Shown here piece by piece: positions 20,402 to 28,550 of a DNA stretch of 42,879 bases. Within the stretch, counting starts at the first letter, position 1; each line of letters starts with the position of its first letter. The notes beneath the pieces are model-generated. The model had not been told where the DNA came from. It ran no database searches and saw nothing but the letters and a program-made list of their open reading frames with translations. The stretch lies in the UHGV virus genome UHGV-0301147; one strand, written 5' to 3'. The DNA is from a virus. The translations under genes were made by a program, and so were the position numbers.

Positions 20402-20662
20402 ATGAGAACGCAAAAAATGAACAGAGAAAAAATTGAAGCCTTAATGAGCGTAATATTAAAAGAAGCTGACCCAAAAAAGTTTCCTGAGAAGTTATCAGAG
20501 GACGCCATCGTATCTTTTTATCGTGCGAACTCCTCTTATCTAAATTGTTCAACTTTAAGAGAATGGCTAAGCGGCGAAGCAGAGCCTTCAGATGAGATAC
20601 TTCAGAAGATTATGGTTCAGAACAACTGGCGCGCAACAAAATGGTCAAATCAGTTACCTTAA
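20402..20662 (+). CDS. Hypothetical protein (plus-strand cargo ORF in AT-rich segment)
   Basis: 86-aa ORF on the opposite strand to the flanking modules, in a locally AT-rich stretch; weak ribosome-binding site. Confidence 0.35.
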   Translation: MRTQKMNREKIEALMSVILKEADPKKFPEKLSEDAIVSFYRANSSYLNCSTLREWLSGEAEPSDEILQKIMVQNNWRATKWSNQLP

Positions 20663-20676
20663 TCTGTTGAATGTGT

Positions 20677-20700
20677 GCCGCCTTAAAACAAAAAGGCGGC
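20677..20700. terminator. Stem-loop between convergent genes (possible bidirectional terminator)
   Basis: gccgcctt / aaggcggc 8-bp stem with A-rich loop between the 3' ends of the 20402-20662 and 20722-20916 genes; no clean U-tract. Confidence 0.35.
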
Positions 20701-20721
20701 CTCTCGTTAAAGTAAATTACC

Positions 20722-20916
20722 CTATTTTCCACCAAGGCATGAAGCCTCTGCCCCGGTTGAATCAATACAACCACCGTTCGCAGTAGTAATCTTCGTACCC
20801 GGCGCGATCATCACGTGTTTAATACTGCTGCCGTCAGCGCGAGTCGCTTCGGTGTATGTCGAATGTGTGCAGCCTGCCATCGTGAAGAACGCGACAGCTA
20901 AGAGAAGTTTTTTCAC
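20722..20916 (-). CDS. Small lipoprotein at the end of the lysis cassette (possible spanin-like component)
   Basis: 64-aa ORF with GTG start, lipobox MAGC, 8 bp after the endolysin stop. Confidence 0.5.
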   Translation of the reverse strand: MKKLLLAVAFFTMAGCTHSTYTEATRADGSSIKHVMIAPGTKITTANGGCIDSTGAEASCLGGK

Positions 20917-20923
20917 GTTTTAC

Positions 20924-21403
20924 CTACGCTTCTGAGATAGATTTCTCAGCATTCACCAATGGAAGTGATTGTGGAACATCCGTTTGACCTGCTGGCCAGC
21001 GGTAGCCTGTTACGCGGGAACGAGGAAAAGCTTTGATATTCACTGCGTCTGCCTGGTTGCCACCCAAAATCATTAAATCCCCGGCGGCATTTTTCCCGAC
21101 AACAAAGCCAACGTGACCACCGCCAGACCGAGACAGAATAGCAATGCATCCATAGGCGGGTTCCTTCAGTTCATTACCCCAATCGAGATAAGAATTCGCA
21201 GACTCAAAACGCGTTGAGCGAATACCCGCACGTTCCAGCATTGCCCCGGTGAAAGCAGCGCACCACGGTGTTTCGTCATCCTTAATGCCGCCGCGTTTGA
21301 TATCTTTCCAGTACTGCACAATTTCCGCAGCATGTTGCTTCCCTTTCATTTCCCGAATGCCGAGGTTTTTTCGAGCCTCAATTAGCCATTTAGGATCGGT
21401 CAT
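20924..21403 (-). CDS. Putative endolysin (CHAP/NlpC-P60-like Cys-His peptidase)
   Basis: 159-aa ORF directly after two holin-like genes; conserved Cys (WCAAF) and His (GHVGFVV). Confidence 0.55.
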   Translation of the reverse strand: MTDPKWLIEARKNLGIREMKGKQHAAEIVQYWKDIKRGGIKDDETPWCAAFTGAMLERAGIRSTRFESANSYLDWGNELKEPAYGCIAILSRSGGGHVGFVVGKNAAGDLMILGGNQADAVNIKAFPRSRVTGYRWPAGQTDVPQSLPLVNAEKSISEA

Positions 21404-21675
21404 TACCTGTCTCCTGTTATTTTTGAAATATTCCCTCGTGCCCGCCAGACAGCAATACAGATGGTGAGGTTGAGAAAGAACTCTGCGGGATCAACCTGCG
21501 TATATTTCCCGTAAAAAATTCGTAGGGCTATCCACGCAGCAGACAGAATCGCCAGGTAAGCAGTTAGTGAGATGAAAAAACGATAGCGGCCTGTTTTTTG
21601 AAAAAACATTAACCGCAGTGCCAGCATCAGACAGATAATTGCATTGGCATTGATGAGGACAGAGTGCAGGGTCAT
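21403..21675 (-). CDS. Holin-like membrane protein
   Basis: 90-aa ORF with three predicted transmembrane segments in the lysis cassette. Confidence 0.55.
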   Translation of the reverse strand: MTLHSVLINANAIICLMLALRLMFFQKTGRYRFFISLTAYLAILSAAWIALRIFYGKYTQVDPAEFFLNLTICIAVWRARGNISKITGDR

Positions 21676-22058
21676 TATTTCATCCCCTTATCTGATTTCC
21701 ATAAACGAGCTTGTGACATGATCCGCAACAGTGATGTAACGCTGATTACTGATGCAACCAGTGCACCAATGGCGGGAGAGACTTTTACTGTTACGGGAGG
21801 GTTCAGGTGACTCAGCACCGCGTTCAGAATACCGGTAATGATTGCTGACGCTGTCTCAGCGCAATACACACCGCCAACAAACGAAATGAGTGCGAAAATA
21901 ACCTGCTTCCAGAATCGATGCTGCCCGGATGACAACACATAGAGAGCTGCGCCTGCCAGCGCACAGATCATCACTGCAGGTGTTGCCTCAGGAAATAACG
22001 CAGCAAACGTCACCCCCGCCGAGCCAGCAGCAACGCCAGCGGTTAGAGGTTCAGACAT
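21675..22058 (-). CDS. Holin-like membrane protein
   Basis: 127-aa ORF with multiple hydrophobic helices, first gene after the tR'-like terminator. Confidence 0.6.
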   Translation of the reverse strand: MSEPLTAGVAAGSAGVTFAALFPEATPAVMICALAGAALYVLSSGQHRFWKQVIFALISFVGGVYCAETASAIITGILNAVLSHLNPPVTVKVSPAIGALVASVISVTSLLRIMSQARLWKSDKGMK

Positions 22059-22082
22059 GATTTTTCCTGATTCAGAAACGAC

Positions 22083-22102
22083 AAAACCCCGCCGTGGCGA
22101 GG
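22083..22102 (-). terminator. tR'-like rho-independent terminator upstream of the holin gene
   Basis: Minus strand reads CCTCGCC-ACG-GCGGGG followed by TTTT, ~25 bp upstream of the holin start. Confidence 0.5.
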
Positions 22103-22452
22103 TTCTTAGAAATTTGGCAATATACCAAATTAGCGTTAAATATGGCCTATTTTGTTCGGTTTTGCAAGCATTATACGCAAACGTCGTCTAAATGGTTTTG
22201 ATAATGATGCAAAGTTGCAAGAAGTGCCACTTCATCAAGTGCTCTCACCGCCTCTTTCATTCCTGCCCAGTGCGGGGAGTATGTTTCGCACCAGGTGGAA
22301 CGAGAAACAGACAACATTCCAGCTAGCGCAGATCCGGCCATCTCCTTAAAATCCTCGCGTTTATTTGATGCTGCGACCGCCTGCACGGACAACCACACCA
22401 ACGAAAGCAGGCGCTTAACTACTTTTCTCTGAGTTGACGCGGGGATGTTTCC

Positions 22453-22480
22453 TTTATAGCGACTCCAGACAGCCTAACAA
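22453..22480 (-). promoter_or_regulatory. pR'-like late promoter candidate immediately after the Q-like gene
   Basis: Minus strand TTGTTA - 16 nt - TATAAA overlapping the stop of the 22474-22842 gene. Confidence 0.35.
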
Positions 22481-22842
22481 ATAGCTGTTTGGTGTTTGAA
22501 TGCCAGGTTACCACCGTAGCAATAACGCAACCACGCTTGCTGACTTGCATCCAGCGAGTTCACAGAACGCCGCCAGGATGAATCAGCAAATTCAAAATCA
22601 CTCATCGGCGGCGCGGGGCGACGTCTGCTGAAACTTTCCAGAGCGTAAACTGGCGTAACCAGAGCATCAACGGTCCGGTCCTCCAGCTGCACACGGTGAA
22701 TATGTTTGCGTGGGTATGCGTTTTTGTCTGCCGGTGGGTGCTCACACAATGCTTCCAGTTGCCCCTTAGAACCACCAGACAAATCCCGCAATGCAGCGCG
22801 CAGTTTTATGCGGGTATATTCCAATAAATACTCGTTACTCAT
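22474..22842 (-). CDS. Putative late-gene antiterminator (Q-like); assignment is positional
   Basis: 122-aa ORF between the YbcO-like gene and the promoter/terminator/holin region; lacks the DxD motif of RusA. Confidence 0.4.
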   Translation of the reverse strand: MSNEYLLEYTRIKLRAALRDLSGGSKGQLEALCEHPPADKNAYPRKHIHRVQLEDRTVDALVTPVYALESFSRRRPAPPMSDFEFADSSWRRSVNSLDASQQAWLRYCYGGNLAFKHQTAIC

Positions 22843-23135
22843 CAGATAAACTCCTCATCGCGCCAGATAGCCAGTGTTCTGAAAACTCCCTCAGCGTGCA
22901 TCAACAACAATGAGTCGTGCCCGTAATCCGTTTTTGTACGTCCGTCGATGGCATCGTGACACGCACTACAGGCGATAGCGCCCTGCATATCGTGAGGTTT
23001 GATGGCTGTGCCGCACGTTCCGGCGAGACGATAATGAGCCAGTACGCTGGTTTCAGGATTGTGATTGCACACACCGGGGATACGCACAGTACAAGCGCGA
23101 CCACGTGCAGCTTTTCTCAGGTCGATTTTTTTCAT
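22842..23135 (-). CDS. DUF1364 family protein (YbcO-like putative nuclease)
   Basis: 97-aa ORF with the conserved Cys pattern RGR-C-VRIPGVCN-NPETSVLAH ... ACSACHD recalled for YbcO. Confidence 0.8.
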   Translation of the reverse strand: MKKIDLRKAARGRACTVRIPGVCNHNPETSVLAHYRLAGTCGTAIKPHDMQGAIACSACHDAIDGRTKTDYGHDSLLLMHAEGVFRTLAIWRDEEFI

Positions 23136-23728
23136 GATGTGTAATCCAGCAGCTGCGCGGCAGCATTTTCAGCGGCCTCCTGAGAGGCAAACGTGCGGAA
23201 CAAAATATAATTCCACAGCACATCTAAAACGGCTGAATACAGTTGACCGAACTCAAGATCGTCCATCGCAGCAAACGAGATTGAACGAGGTACGCGCATC
23301 AAACTGCCGTCTGGCATCTGATGAACGTCATAAAACCCAGCTTCCATAATCGCCCATGCGCGAAACGCCTCGAACGACTTCACCGCACTGATATTCCCCG
23401 CGCGCTTTTCCGACTCATCGAGAAGATACTGATCAGCCAGCTCTGCCATGACATCACCGTGTCCACCGTAATACGCCAGTAACTTAACGTAGCCGTGAAC
23501 CAGTTCGCGCTCCGCAGGAGAAATAGCCCCTCCGGACGGATGCCAGTAATCAAAGCCCAGGTTGAGAAGTGAGAAAAATTTACGGTGAAACGCGGGATTG
23601 CGTGCCTGTTTGAAATCTGCATACACAACAGCACCTGGTTTGACTCGTTCAGTCAACCAGCGTTGCGTGTCTGGTGTCGCGGGTATTAGCGAACCGCCGG
23701 ATACCCTGATAAATGAATGCTGCGCCAT
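23132..23728 (-). CDS. DUF1367 family protein (YbcN-like)
   Basis: 198-aa ORF with ADFKQ-RNP-FHRKFF-LL-LGF-YW motif, upstream of and overlapping the YbcO-like gene. Confidence 0.75.
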   Translation of the reverse strand: MAQHSFIRVSGGSLIPATPDTQRWLTERVKPGAVVYADFKQARNPAFHRKFFSLLNLGFDYWHPSGGAISPAERELVHGYVKLLAYYGGHGDVMAELADQYLLDESEKRAGNISAVKSFEAFRAWAIMEAGFYDVHQMPDGSLMRVPRSISFAAMDDLEFGQLYSAVLDVLWNYILFRTFASQEAAENAAAQLLDYTS

Positions 23729-23805
23729 GGTTAACTCCAGGTGGCGCGGCAGTGTTCAGAAAATGGTGCCGGGTGTTCAATCCAGCACCGATATTATACC
23801 GTGTT

Positions 23806-23985
23806 TTACGCGTCAGGGGGTGTAATAGTATATCCAGCTATTTCTGCCAACTCGAGAAACGCCATCAGGCTGGCAATCCGCTCATCATCGGTCAGAACAC
23901 GCACACCAACGATGTGTCCGTCCTTACGCTTGATAACAGCCCGGCATGTTTCCGGTAGTTCGCCTATAGATTCTTGAATATTCAT
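23806..23985 (-). CDS. Small hypothetical protein (~59 aa) preceded by an SOS box; candidate SOS-inducible antirepressor or division inhibitor
   Basis: ORF below the supplied 60-aa cut-off (MNIQESIGELPETCRAVIKRKDGH...), strong SD AGGGGGAAG, CTGT-N8-ACAG box 22 bp upstream; stop coordinate approximate. Confidence 0.45.
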   Translation of the reverse strand: MNIQESIGELPETCRAVIKRKDGHIVGVRVLTDDERIASLMAFLELAEIAGYTITPPDA

Positions 23986-24005
23986 GTCTTCCCCCTAACG
24001 CCATT

Positions 24006-24025
24006 GCCTGTACATTTATACAGTA
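24006..24025. promoter_or_regulatory. LexA (SOS) box candidate overlapping a sigma70-like promoter
   Basis: gcCTGTacatttatACAGta, close to the CTGT-N8-ACAG consensus; overlaps a putative -10 (TATAAA) with ATGACA -35 on the minus strand. Confidence 0.6.
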
Positions 24026-24136
24026 TTTTATGGCATTTGTCATAACGCTAGATACAATGAGGGAATAATGAACAATTATATTCACGTCGTGAATTTTATT
24101 AAACGGTTTTATAGGGGATTAAACCGTTTATGGTCA

Positions 24137-24768
24137 TTATTTATCACTCCTGTAAATTGAAATTAACCATTTTCTAATCGTCGACGCTGCAGGTGGGTCA
24201 GAGTATTTCGCCACAAAAATACCGGATATGTATTGCACACCACGCGATAATGGCGCTGTCGGGTTTTCAGTAAAAAAACGATCAGCCAGTTCAATGGCTT
24301 CGCTTTTTAATCTGTGCTGTGGCCGTCCTCCGCCCTTCGTGCCAAGGTAGCGCGCCAGTTGTTTGAAACGGTAAGCAATGATTAACGGTCGCATCATCAT
24401 ATTGAAAAAATCGCGGGCATCGTTGTCAGCGCCTTGCGCTATCAACAGTGCAAAAAACAGATACGGGATTGTGTACACTTCAGGGGATATACGAACTCGT
24501 TTACAGGTTGGTGGAGCCAAATTAATAAGTAAGTCAGCCAGCGAATTCCCCTTTTCTCCACGTTTGTAATAGCGATACAGCGGCCCGATATCGAGTTTAC
24601 TCACATCGATTTCAGGGTGCTCGGCAACGGCTGTACGTATCTCTTCTGCCAGAGCGTCAAATATTGCTCCGGTCCGCTCAAGATAGAGCCTCCGGGTCGA
24701 ACCGCGATCATCCAACGCCCGTAACATATCTAACCGGCTAACGAAAGTTTCAGGCCAGCCCTCATAGA
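24137..24768 (-). CDS. Hypothetical protein
   Basis: ORF with good SD (GAGGT) before the Met at 24768; the longer annotated start at 24814 lacks a ribosome-binding site; no family recognised. Confidence 0.5.
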
Positions 24769-24845
24769 AGGTTTTCATAATTACCTCGAATAATAAAAAC
24801 TGCACTATTTGCACAATTTATTATTCGTTTTCACATCGCAGGGTT

Positions 24846-24875
24846 CTATAAAAAAGAAAACCCGCCGAAGCGGGT
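24846..24875 (-). terminator. Rho-independent terminator after the 24897-25175 gene
   Basis: Minus strand aacccgc-ttcg-gcgggtt hairpin followed by TTCTTTTTTAT. Confidence 0.6.
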
Positions 24876-24896
24876 TAGTTAATAAGTTACACCTGG

Positions 24897-25175
24897 TTAT
24901 GAGGCCATGCCGTAGGCTTTTTTATGCATCCCATGGTCATATCCCATGTTATATGCTTCAAAAGCATCTTTATGACGTACATGCCCGGCCTGGCTTTCGG
25001 GTAAATCACCTAAAACAGAGTCATCAACCGCACGCGGAACGCCAATTAATGCGTGCCACATACCTTTATCATAGGCACATCCACAACATTTGTGCCGCCC
25101 AACGTTCCCCTGATTTGCGGAAAGAACATCAAACATACTGTCGTGACGATGTGACTTTTTACAGATGTGTTTCAT
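24897..25175 (-). CDS. Small Cys/His-rich hypothetical protein
   Basis: 92-aa ORF followed by its own terminator; start may be the internal Met; no family recognised. Confidence 0.45.
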   Translation of the reverse strand: MKHICKKSHRHDSMFDVLSANQGNVGRHKCCGCAYDKGMWHALIGVPRAVDDSVLGDLPESQAGHVRHKDAFEAYNMGYDHGMHKKAYGMAS

Positions 25176-25203
25176 TCATTGACCTATATCATTTTCGGTA
25201 ATG

Positions 25204-25265
25204 AATGCTTTACACGGGATCCCGGTTGAGGTAATCTCCCAAACCGAGATCTCAACGAAAGCATT
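25204..25265 (+). ncRNA. Candidate structured small RNA (nested stem-loops) ending at the plus-strand terminator
   Basis: Outer stem aatgcttt / aaagcatt (25204-25211 with 25258-25265) enclosing gggatccc and an interrupted helix ggttgag...atctc / gagatctcaac; a terminator follows 9 nt downstream. Confidence 0.3.
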
Positions 25266-25273
25266 AACCGATG

Positions 25274-25308
25274 TTTTTGTATGGCCCTGACAGCTCCAAC
25301 TGTCAGGG
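25274..25308 (+). terminator. Rho-independent terminator (plus strand) with no protein gene upstream on that strand
   Basis: 10-bp stem gccctgacag / ctgtcagggc, 6-nt loop, followed by TTTCCCTTT. Confidence 0.6.
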
Positions 25309-25395
25309 CTTTCCCTTTGATGCGATTCTAAAATCTTCGCAACCTCCAGATCCTATCCAGGACCAAGAAAAACTTCAATGAAAAGATCAAGTTAG

Positions 25396-25415
25396 ATCTG
25401 TATTTTTTTACAGAT
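25396..25415. promoter_or_regulatory. Second LexA-box-like site
   Basis: atCTGTatttttttACAGat fits CTGT-N8-ACAG with an AT-only centre; in the 567-bp intergenic region between the 92-aa gene and the ImmA-like gene. Confidence 0.45.
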
Positions 25416-25651
25416 GTAATAAATCACACATGTAATAGCCTTCCCTTCCTGTGCTCATCCAGGCGCTTGTGGCATCCATTTTTTTCAGAAACATATGGAC
25501 GCCTAAAAAACCACTAATCTCATGATTATCCTGTATGTTTTTACTGGAAACATTGAGACATCCACAATGCAGCGTAAAAAGCAAGCAATTCACAAGATTT
25601 TAAAGTGATTTATCTGGAAGACTTTACTACTAACAGTTAATATCGTACCAG

Positions 25652-25670
25652 AAGTGCAGAATTTGCACTT
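25652..25670. promoter_or_regulatory. 19-bp perfect palindrome (operator candidate) upstream of the ImmA-like operon
   Basis: AAGTGCA-GAATT-TGCACTT, ~75 bp upstream of the start at 25743. Confidence 0.4.
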
Positions 25671-25742
25671 TTACAGGAATGTGGTACGGAACATGTTGTC
25701 TATATTTCGACCAATAATCGTAATGCAGTAACTGGAGGAGCT

Positions 25743-26231
25743 ATGGCTACCAACCCAAGAGAGCACGCCCGGCGAGTGCTGGACACGTTCTGGTGCGGGC
25801 GTGGTTTCCCTGTTGATCCAGCGAAAATTGCTCACGACATGGGATTAGATGTTTTTATTACCGATCTTCCTGGGAAAGTTTCTGGCGCACTGATTAAACA
25901 AAAAGATCAAGATCCAGCGATCTTTCTAAACAGTGATGACAACAAAGTTCGTCAACGTTTTTCATGTGGGCATGAGTTGGGGCATTACATCGCCCGGCAA
26001 GCATCGCATAGCGATGAATATGAGTACGTTGATTTACGTGGCGAAACCGCAAGCGCCGGAACGCATCCTGATGAAATTTTTGCGAACAAGTTCGCAGCAG
26101 AACTTCTGATGCCGGTAGATGAGGTCAGAAAACTGCACGCTGACGGCCAACCAAGTTATATAATGGCGCATCATTTTGGCGTATCTGACGATGCGATGAC
26201 TTATCGTTTAAAGAACTTGAGGTTGGGGTAA
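25743..26231 (+). CDS. ImmA/IrrE family zinc metallopeptidase
   Basis: 162-aa ORF with HEXXH motif (CGHELGHYIARQ) and strong SD GGAGGAG. Confidence 0.85.
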   Translation: MATNPREHARRVLDTFWCGRGFPVDPAKIAHDMGLDVFITDLPGKVSGALIKQKDQDPAIFLNSDDNKVRQRFSCGHELGHYIARQASHSDEYEYVDLRGETASAGTHPDEIFANKFAAELLMPVDEVRKLHADGQPSYIMAHHFGVSDDAMTYRLKNLRLG

Positions 26232-26240
26232 CGCTTTAGA

Positions 26241-26846
26241 ATGCCATCGGATGACGATTTTAACAGCCGTTTCAAACAGGAAGTTGCACGCCGACTGAAG
26301 GATTCCCTCAACCTACACCGTCAGTTAGCAGAAGAGGTTGAGCCGGAGGAGGATGAAACTCCGGTTCAGTCTCCTGACGAAACTTCACCTCAGACAAAGG
26401 TTTCGCACGCTCCAAAAAAACCGTCTGCCCGTATTCACGGAATAGCCAGAAAAAGAGCTGCCGAAGCTCACAAAATGGCTGTAGCTGCGTCAATCAAAAG
26501 AATTCCAATTCCTACCCCCTCTCAACAAGTCACCCGTACTGAGAGTAAAATCTTGACCGAGTTCACATCTGTGAAACAGGTGAGTTCACTTGATACCGAG
26601 CATGAGCGCAAACAACTCAACAACAAAGATTTTGAAGCTGAAATCGCTCTAAAAAAACGCTACGGAAAATGGTTCCTGATAATCCTTGCTTGCCAACTTC
26701 TGATAATGAATGGTGTATTTATTGCCGACGGCGCAGGTAAGCTGGAATTTGAAGATTTAACGCTACAGTTGTACATGGGCGGTACTTTGACAGAGGTATT
26801 CGGCCTCGTGCTGGTCGTGACAAAATACCTTTTTAAACGCAAGTAA
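26241..26846 (+). CDS. Hypothetical membrane protein (acidic N-terminal region, two C-terminal transmembrane helices), co-operonic with the ImmA-like gene
   Basis: 201-aa ORF starting 9 bp after the ImmA-like stop; hydrophobic segments KWFLIILACQLLIMNGVFIA and GGTLTEVFGLVLVVTKYLF. Confidence 0.6.
   Translation: MPSDDDFNSRFKQEVARRLKDSLNLHRQLAEEVEPEEDETPVQSPDETSPQTKVSHAPKKPSARIHGIARKRAAEAHKMAVAASIKRIPIPTPSQQVTRTESKILTEFTSVKQVSSLDTEHERKQLNNKDFEAEIALKKRYGKWFLIILACQLLIMNGVFIADGAGKLEFEDLTLQLYMGGTLTEVFGLVLVVTKYLFKRK
26775..26846 (+). repeat. Direct repeat copy A (last 24 codons of the membrane-protein gene)
   Basis: 72 bp matching 30377-30448 with 6 mismatches. Confidence 0.8.
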
Positions 26847-26955
26847 CTCTCTCTATGGAACAGACTTTAGTCGATTTAATGGAGAAGACCAGCAACCCCA
26901 AATGACCAAGTAACAAGTGCTGGCCTTATAGACGATTACTGAGTGTGTTCGAGTG

Positions 26956-27360
26956 TTATCGTTGTACAATTCGTCCGTTGGGATCCAGCCACATCCCATC
27001 AGAAAGATACACCATTTCCCTGGGTTCATCCGTTACCTGCAGGTCATGGTAAATTGAAGTAAGCTCATTTTTAGGTGAAGGAGTGATATCTTCGCTTCCA
27101 AAGATCATATCTTGGTATTGTGCCCAATTTTGGCGAATTTCGAAATACATATCAACATCATAATCCTGCCCTCTTAGTTCATCATCTGAAGATATATTCA
27201 ATGTCTTTTTGAGACCGATGATGTTAAAGATCCACTTCTTACCACCTTTAATGAAGTATGCCCCAGTATATGCCTCTTCATCTGGTACAGCCTCATAACC
27301 TAAATTTAATGCTAATTGTATCTGTTCTGCTAATGTAAAAGACTCTTTCCATCCACTCAT
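26956..27360 (-). CDS. Hypothetical acidic protein
   Basis: 134-aa ORF in the low-GC cassette; no family recognised. Confidence 0.5.
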   Translation of the reverse strand: MSGWKESFTLAEQIQLALNLGYEAVPDEEAYTGAYFIKGGKKWIFNIIGLKKTLNISSDDELRGQDYDVDMYFEIRQNWAQYQDMIFGSEDITPSPKNELTSIYHDLQVTDEPREMVYLSDGMWLDPNGRIVQR

Positions 27361-27680
27361 AGCTTATTACCTACCTGTGAACCTGTTTGCTGCATGAAAA
27401 ACAATATAATAAAGCGTTATTGAAGACTATGAACCAAGTAAATTTAATCAAAGACGTTTATAACGCATTTGCCTAAACAACTTCCACCGTATGATCCGCT
27501 TCTCGCTCTCAGCAGACCTTTATCTGCAGGTGCTTGTCTGCTGTGTTCCAGAAGCAGATATTATTATATAACTCTTTAACCCATGTATGACAAAATATTC
27601 TTGGAGCTTATTAAAACTTCATACGTCTAAATCACCTCTTCATTAGTGAATCAATAATTGTATAGTTAAAATGTAACACT

Positions 27681-28346
27681 TTATTTTTTATGATTAACTT
27701 GCTTTGCTAAAGAGCTATAAATCATATCAACCAAAACATATTTTTCGCATTCCCAAGGTTCACTAATAGATGGGTTTACTAAGTCTGGCTTCCCCCCCAT
27801 TAGTGTATGAACATGCGAATAAATACCTATTCTTTCTGCGAGTTGCATTATTTTTATTTGATGTTCTGGTGGGAGCATTTTGTTTTTAAACCATGTTGTA
27901 AATATATGCTTGGTAAGTTCCTTAGTACAAACAAACCATTCACCTTGACGTCTTTCGTTGCTAAATTTTTCATGAAGATAATTTTCTTTTTCTGAACCAC
28001 CAGGTTCCAAAGCGTGTAATATTAATTGACCAAATGCACCTGTTTGCAGGTTAGACAACCTTTTTAGCACATTATTGGAACGCCCTATTTTCACATAAAG
28101 TCCCGAGTAAGGGTTATTTTTATCTGAAGAACCGGCCCAAGTATCAGGCACTTGTAAAATATAATAAATACTACTTACTTTCCCACTCGATACATTATTT
28201 GCCCAAATCTGCCATTCTTCCATCCAGCTTTTTGCATCTTCTCTCGTGTCAAAGGCATGACTTGTATAGTAAAATTCACCAGTATCCAAGAACATATCGA
28301 AAACATATTTGCCATTCTCTATAATTCTTAAGTTGTCGGCTTTCAT
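27681..28346 (-). CDS. T5orf172 (MUG113, GIY-YIG-like) domain protein; putative defence-type nuclease
   Basis: 221-aa ORF containing LYVKIGRSNNVLKRLSNLQTG ... ENYLHEKFSNERRQGEWF, matching the T5orf172 signature (YKIG-T ... R ... L ... E ... LH ... F ... R ... GEWF); AT-rich. Confidence 0.75.
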   Translation of the reverse strand: MKADNLRIIENGKYVFDMFLDTGEFYYTSHAFDTREDAKSWMEEWQIWANNVSSGKVSSIYYILQVPDTWAGSSDKNNPYSGLYVKIGRSNNVLKRLSNLQTGAFGQLILHALEPGGSEKENYLHEKFSNERRQGEWFVCTKELTKHIFTTWFKNKMLPPEHQIKIMQLAERIGIYSHVHTLMGGKPDLVNPSISEPWECEKYVLVDMIYSSLAKQVNHKK

Positions 28347-28550
28347 GGAAGTTTCTCACAAAGTTACAGGAATATATAAAAACTTTACTACGCTTAGTAT
28401 ATGTTACCACCTGATTATGTATTATTTGATTTACACAACTTATTGCTAGTAATAACGGTTTTGATGTAATCTTCTCATCCCAAACTAACCTTCAAAATAG
28501 ATTTAATCTAAATTATATCAAAATATGCTCTCAGTTAAGATGGCTTATTT

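Noticed and set aside
22474-22842. RusA Holliday-junction resolvase identity for the gene after the YbcO-like gene
   Set aside because: Size fits but the protein lacks the acidic DxD-type catalytic motif and does not resemble recalled RusA.
24809-25201. 130-aa plus-strand ORF
   Set aside because: His/Arg/Cys/Tyr-rich composition typical of an antisense reading of a real gene; the minus-strand 92-aa ORF has its own terminator.
25408-25593. 61-aa minus-strand ORF in the intergenic region
   Set aside because: No ribosome-binding site and odd composition; the region looks regulatory.
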